This document shows, one piece after another, positions 60,345-64,000 of a stretch of 64,000 nucleotides of DNA. The position numbers and the translations under genes were made by a program. Below the pieces are notes generated by a model that was given only the letters and a program-made list of their open reading frames with translations, made no database searches and had not been told where the DNA came from. Where the stretch lies: contig NC_043012.1 of assembly GCF_006345805.1 (NCBI RefSeq), positions 32,860,001-32,924,000 of the forward strand. Direction: 5' to 3'. This DNA comes from Octopus sinensis (Eukaryota). Positions within the stretch are counted from its first letter, which is position 1. The number at the start of each line of letters is the position of its first letter.

Positions 60345-60350
<6 letters not shown>
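59390..60350. repeat. Minisatellite: four near-identical units of about 210-230 bp, each a constant core of about 100 bp plus a variable TA/CA spacer
   Basis: Core tatttctgtgtgagttagaggttgagaaaccaactaagggatagtacctatcc..cccaagtgctagt starts near 59573, 59803, 60020 and 60233. Confidence 0.95.
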
Positions 60351-60411
<61 letters not shown>

Positions 60412-60450
60412 AATATATATATATATTATATATATATATATATATATTAA
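60351..60450. repeat. (TA)n-(GA)n-(TA)n microsatellite
   Basis: Directly visible. Confidence 0.9.
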
Positions 60451-60944
60451 ATAATTGGCCTACTCAGTGTATAAGCTAACACATATTGTTGCTAAGTTTT
60501 GTGATAGTTAAAAAAGACAAAACAACCAATCAAGAAAGAAAACCAGTGACTTACAAGGTACGCCAACTCAGATATGTGTGTGTGTGTGAGTAACAATACA
60601 CAAAAGAATGTGTATGAATAAAAAGGGATTTCTCTACATAGGAGGGAGAGCAAATACAAGAAAATAAGGAAATGTAAAAAAATATGAAGAATCAAGTTTC
60701 AATATGAAATTCAGTTGTGTACAAATGAAACTATTCGGATCTGAATAATGGCCTTCAAAATAGGATATGGCACTAAAGAGATGAGGAACTGCAATGAGGA
60801 ATTAAGAAAATGGTTCATATGGAAGTATTTTTAAAGTATTTTTAATGGAAAATTAAAATTAAATTGGGGAAGTATTATTTTTCTGAAAATATGTGTAGGT
60901 AATATTTTTATTTTTGTTCATCTTTGTCTTGTATTATTTACTTG

Positions 60945-61300
60945 TTACAGGCATTAGACTGTGCCATGCTGGGGCACCAGCTTGAATAATTTCTTTTAAT
61001 TGAATGAATTGACCCCCCCGCCAGCACTTATTTTTCTAAATGTGATACTTATTCTAGCAACCTCTTTTGCCAAACTGCTAAGTTATGGGGATGTAAACAC
61101 ACCAACACCGGCTGCCAAGCAGTGGTGGAGGGAAGAAACACAGACACAGACAAACACACACAGAGGATTCTTTCAGTTTGCATCAACCAAATCCACTACC
61201 AAGGCTATAGCAGAAAACACTTGCAAAAGGTACTATGCAGTAGGACTGAACCTGGAACATGCAGTTTGGAAAGCATGCCTCTTACCATATCACCATAACT
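60945..61300 (-). mobile_element. Family A SINE, degenerate
   Basis: gccatgctggggcacc, aagttatggggatgtaaacacaccaacacc and ctttcagtttgcatcaaccaaatccac. Confidence 0.7.
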
Positions 61301-61365
61301 GCACCATTTTTTTTTTTCATTTAGAATGTTTGTATTTTGCAGTTGGTTGCCTTTGCTGCTGTTGC

Positions 61366-61727
61366 TGTTGAGCGTAGCGGTCTTCGTCCAGTGGGAGAAG
61401 TCCGAAACGTGGTCCTTTGCCATTCGTAAGACCCGCAGAAGAGAAAGCAAGTCAACCCCGGACACCGAGAGCATCGCCGGATGGATGAATGCGCATCCGG
61501 GCTCAGCAGTTGTGTAGGAAGTCGGGGACAAGAAACAGTAAAAAAAGAGTGAGAGAAAGTTGGGGTGAAAGAGTACAACAGGGGTCACCACCACCCCCTG
61601 CCAGAGCCTCGTGGAGCTTTAGGTGTTTTGGCTCAATAAACACACACAACACCCGATCTGGGAATACAAACCACGATCCTCCGACCGCGAGTCCGCTGCC
61701 CTAACCATTGGGCCATTGCACCTCCAC
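61366..61727 (-). mobile_element. tRNA-derived SINE (family C)
   Basis: Minus-strand head gtggaggtgcaatggcccaatggttagggcagcggactcgcggtcgg; body homologous to 49140-49475. Confidence 0.82.
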
Positions 61728-62777
61728 TGCCTTTGCTGCTGTAACTATTTAACTGTGAAGTAAATGTAAAACCAGTCCTGTTTTTGGTGGGTGATGTCAG
61801 GCAAAATGAAACCGGCAATGTTACTTAGCTAATGCATTGCCCCCACAACTCCAGGAAGAAGCCTACATACTTGCATGTATGTACGTAATTTCTAAGCATA
61901 AGACAACAAGTTTGGGGCAGTGTAAAAGTGAACAGATCAGCAATAGTACTTAACTAATATTTAACCCTTTCATTACCATATTTCTGTTGAGATGCTCTGT
62001 GTTTCTCTCAATTAATTTTAAATATAACAAAGAATTTAGTAAAATAACTTAGTTATCATTAAGCTAGTGTTAGGAACATAAATTGTGACTAAGGTTTGGT
62101 GGAAGATTTTAATGCAGAATTTTTGAAAATAAGACATTTGTACTACAGAACCAGAGGCGGTTTCAGGCAGGTTAATTCACAAATAAAAAGCAAATTACAT
62201 GAGGCAAAACATTTTAATCAACACTAAAGTATCTACCTCAAGCTTGTGGCTGTAGAGACTTCTGGTGTTCTTGGTCTCTATGCACCACTCAGGGCAGAGA
62301 TGGCTATCTACAAGTGCAACCCCAGTGAATCAGGGCAGTTGTTCCAGTACACCTCCCTTGCCATAGCATCTTTTCTATTTTGTCTGCTGAGACCACTTCT
62401 TGTACGTTCCACTTCTTAATATAAAGCAACTCCATATAAATTGCTCTGTTAAGATCTCAGTAATAGATTAAGTTCACAACCCAATAAATCAAAGATACAG
62501 TCTATTGTTAACCTCCGTAACATTACTAACCTCATAACTAAAAATCATAAAGTCAAACTTTAGAACAGCCAGTTTGATGCAAGGTACGTAACTCTGCTTA
62601 TTTTAAATGATTGCCACGCGCAGTTATGGATGCGTAGTGAAGCTTGCTTTGCAGCCATGTGGTTTTCGGTTCTTTCCCACTGAGCAAAACACCACAAGCA
62701 TCTTCTGCAATAGCTACATGCTAACCAATACCTTATTAGACAGGAACTCTGTGTGTGTGTGTAATAATAATAATGTA

Positions 62778-63555
62778 TATTTCTTTATTACCCACAAGGG
62801 CCTAAACATAGCGGGGACAAACAAGGGCAGACAAAGGGATTAAGTCGATCACATCGACCCCAGTGTGTAACTGGTACTTAATTTTATCGACCCCGAAAGG
62901 ATGAAAGGCAAAGTCGACCTCGGCCGAATTTGAACTCAGAATGTAACGGCAGACGAAATACAGCTACGCATTTCGCCCGGCGTGCTAACCATTCTGCCAG
63001 CTCACCGCCTAATAATAATAATAATAATAATAATCCTTTCTAAAATAGGCACAAGGCCTGAAATTTTGTGGGAATGGGACTAGTCGAATACATCAACCCC
63101 GGTGTTTCACTGGTACTTAATTCATTGACTCCAAAAAGATGAAAGGCAAAGTCGACCTCAGAGGAATTTGAACTCAGAACATGAAGATGAACAAAATACT
63201 GTCAAGCATTTTGCCCAATGTGCTAACGATTCTGCTAAAGAAACATTTATAAAAAAAAAAAAATTTTTTTTTTAAACCCTTCAAATTAATAAATTCTCCA
63301 AGGTATGAGATAACCAAAATATTCTAAAATATGCCTATCATTAGAGAAAAACCATTTTTAATAACAATTTCAAATTTCGCAACAAAACCAGCAGTTTCAA
63401 AATAAAGATAAGTCGATCACGTTGACCATGGTGCTTAGCTGGCATTTAATTTATCAACCCTGAAAGGCAAAGTGGACCTCAACAAAATTTGAACTCAGAA
63501 TGTAAAGATGGACAAAATGCTGCTTTGCCCAGTGTGCTAATAGTTCTACCAGCTC
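62778..63555 (-). mobile_element. Three tandem family B SINE copies of decreasing conservation
   Basis: Core gaaaggcaaagt(c/g)gacctc..tttgaactcagaa recurs near 62900, 63140 and 63465. Confidence 0.8.
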
Positions 63556-64000
63556 TAAAAAAAAATCAGTTTTAATGTCAACAATGCTATTAAAGTGTAA
63601 TATGTAACTAGGGAAAAGTGTTGTGAATTGAATGCTTATGACTGAAACAGTAATGAAACAAAACTTAATCAAAATGAGTATGGATGTGTATATGGATAGC
63701 AATTCTCTGTTTGTAGTATATGATGTGGTTTGTTACATGTATATATAATTATGTTACAAACAACTTGAGCTATATAATAGAGAAATAGCTAGAGTTATTA
63801 ACACTTATATTTCTGATGTGATGCATTTTCAATATTTTCATATTTTTGATATGAAAAAATTTAATATTTAATTTTGAAATGTGAAAGGAATGGTTTTTCC
63901 CTTCCTGCTTCATCACTTTAAAACTTAACATAATAAAAATCTGTAAATAAGCACACAGGAAATTTCATTTAAGAATAGAAATTAATAGAAATTGATATGA

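Noticed and set aside
59390-60350. CRISPR array
   Set aside because: Eukaryotic context, repeats of about 100 bp, spacers homologous to each other and no cas genes.
63248-63275. A-run followed by T-run palindrome
   Set aside because: Homopolymer pairs are common in AT-rich DNA and prone to sequencing error.

Overview
AT-rich, repeat-dense eukaryotic DNA, most likely an octopus (inferred from the SINE/MITE families and microsatellite load, not proven). It holds two host genes. (1) The 3' part of a KHDC4/BLOM7 (KIAA0907) orthologue on +: ten coding exons between 2311 and 17136 whose GT-AG boundaries and phases join into one frame of about 672 codons, with a greatly expanded Pro/Gln/Ser-rich region. 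The KH-domain exons lie upstream of the window. (2) An intronless 1004-aa secreted chitin-deacetylase-like gene on - (43150-46164) with two CE4 domains; the first keeps its catalytic motifs and the second has lost them. The rest is mobile DNA: a near full-length but disabled RTE-clade LINE with a PHD-type finger (about 22.3-25.85 kb), three mariner relics, CR1/RTE/Penelope fragments, at least four SINE families, several MITEs and microsatellites. The most unusual items are a 496-bp palindrome built from two head-to-head tRNA-headed SINE-like units each ending in a minimal hammerhead-ribozyme-like motif (29551-30046), the active-plus-dead tandem deacetylase, a perfect hairpin over its candidate 5'UTR splice acceptor, long near-perfect intronic hairpins in KHDC4, and a MITE carrying a cluster of FoxA-type motifs. 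All annotation was done by eye; repeat boundaries are approximate.
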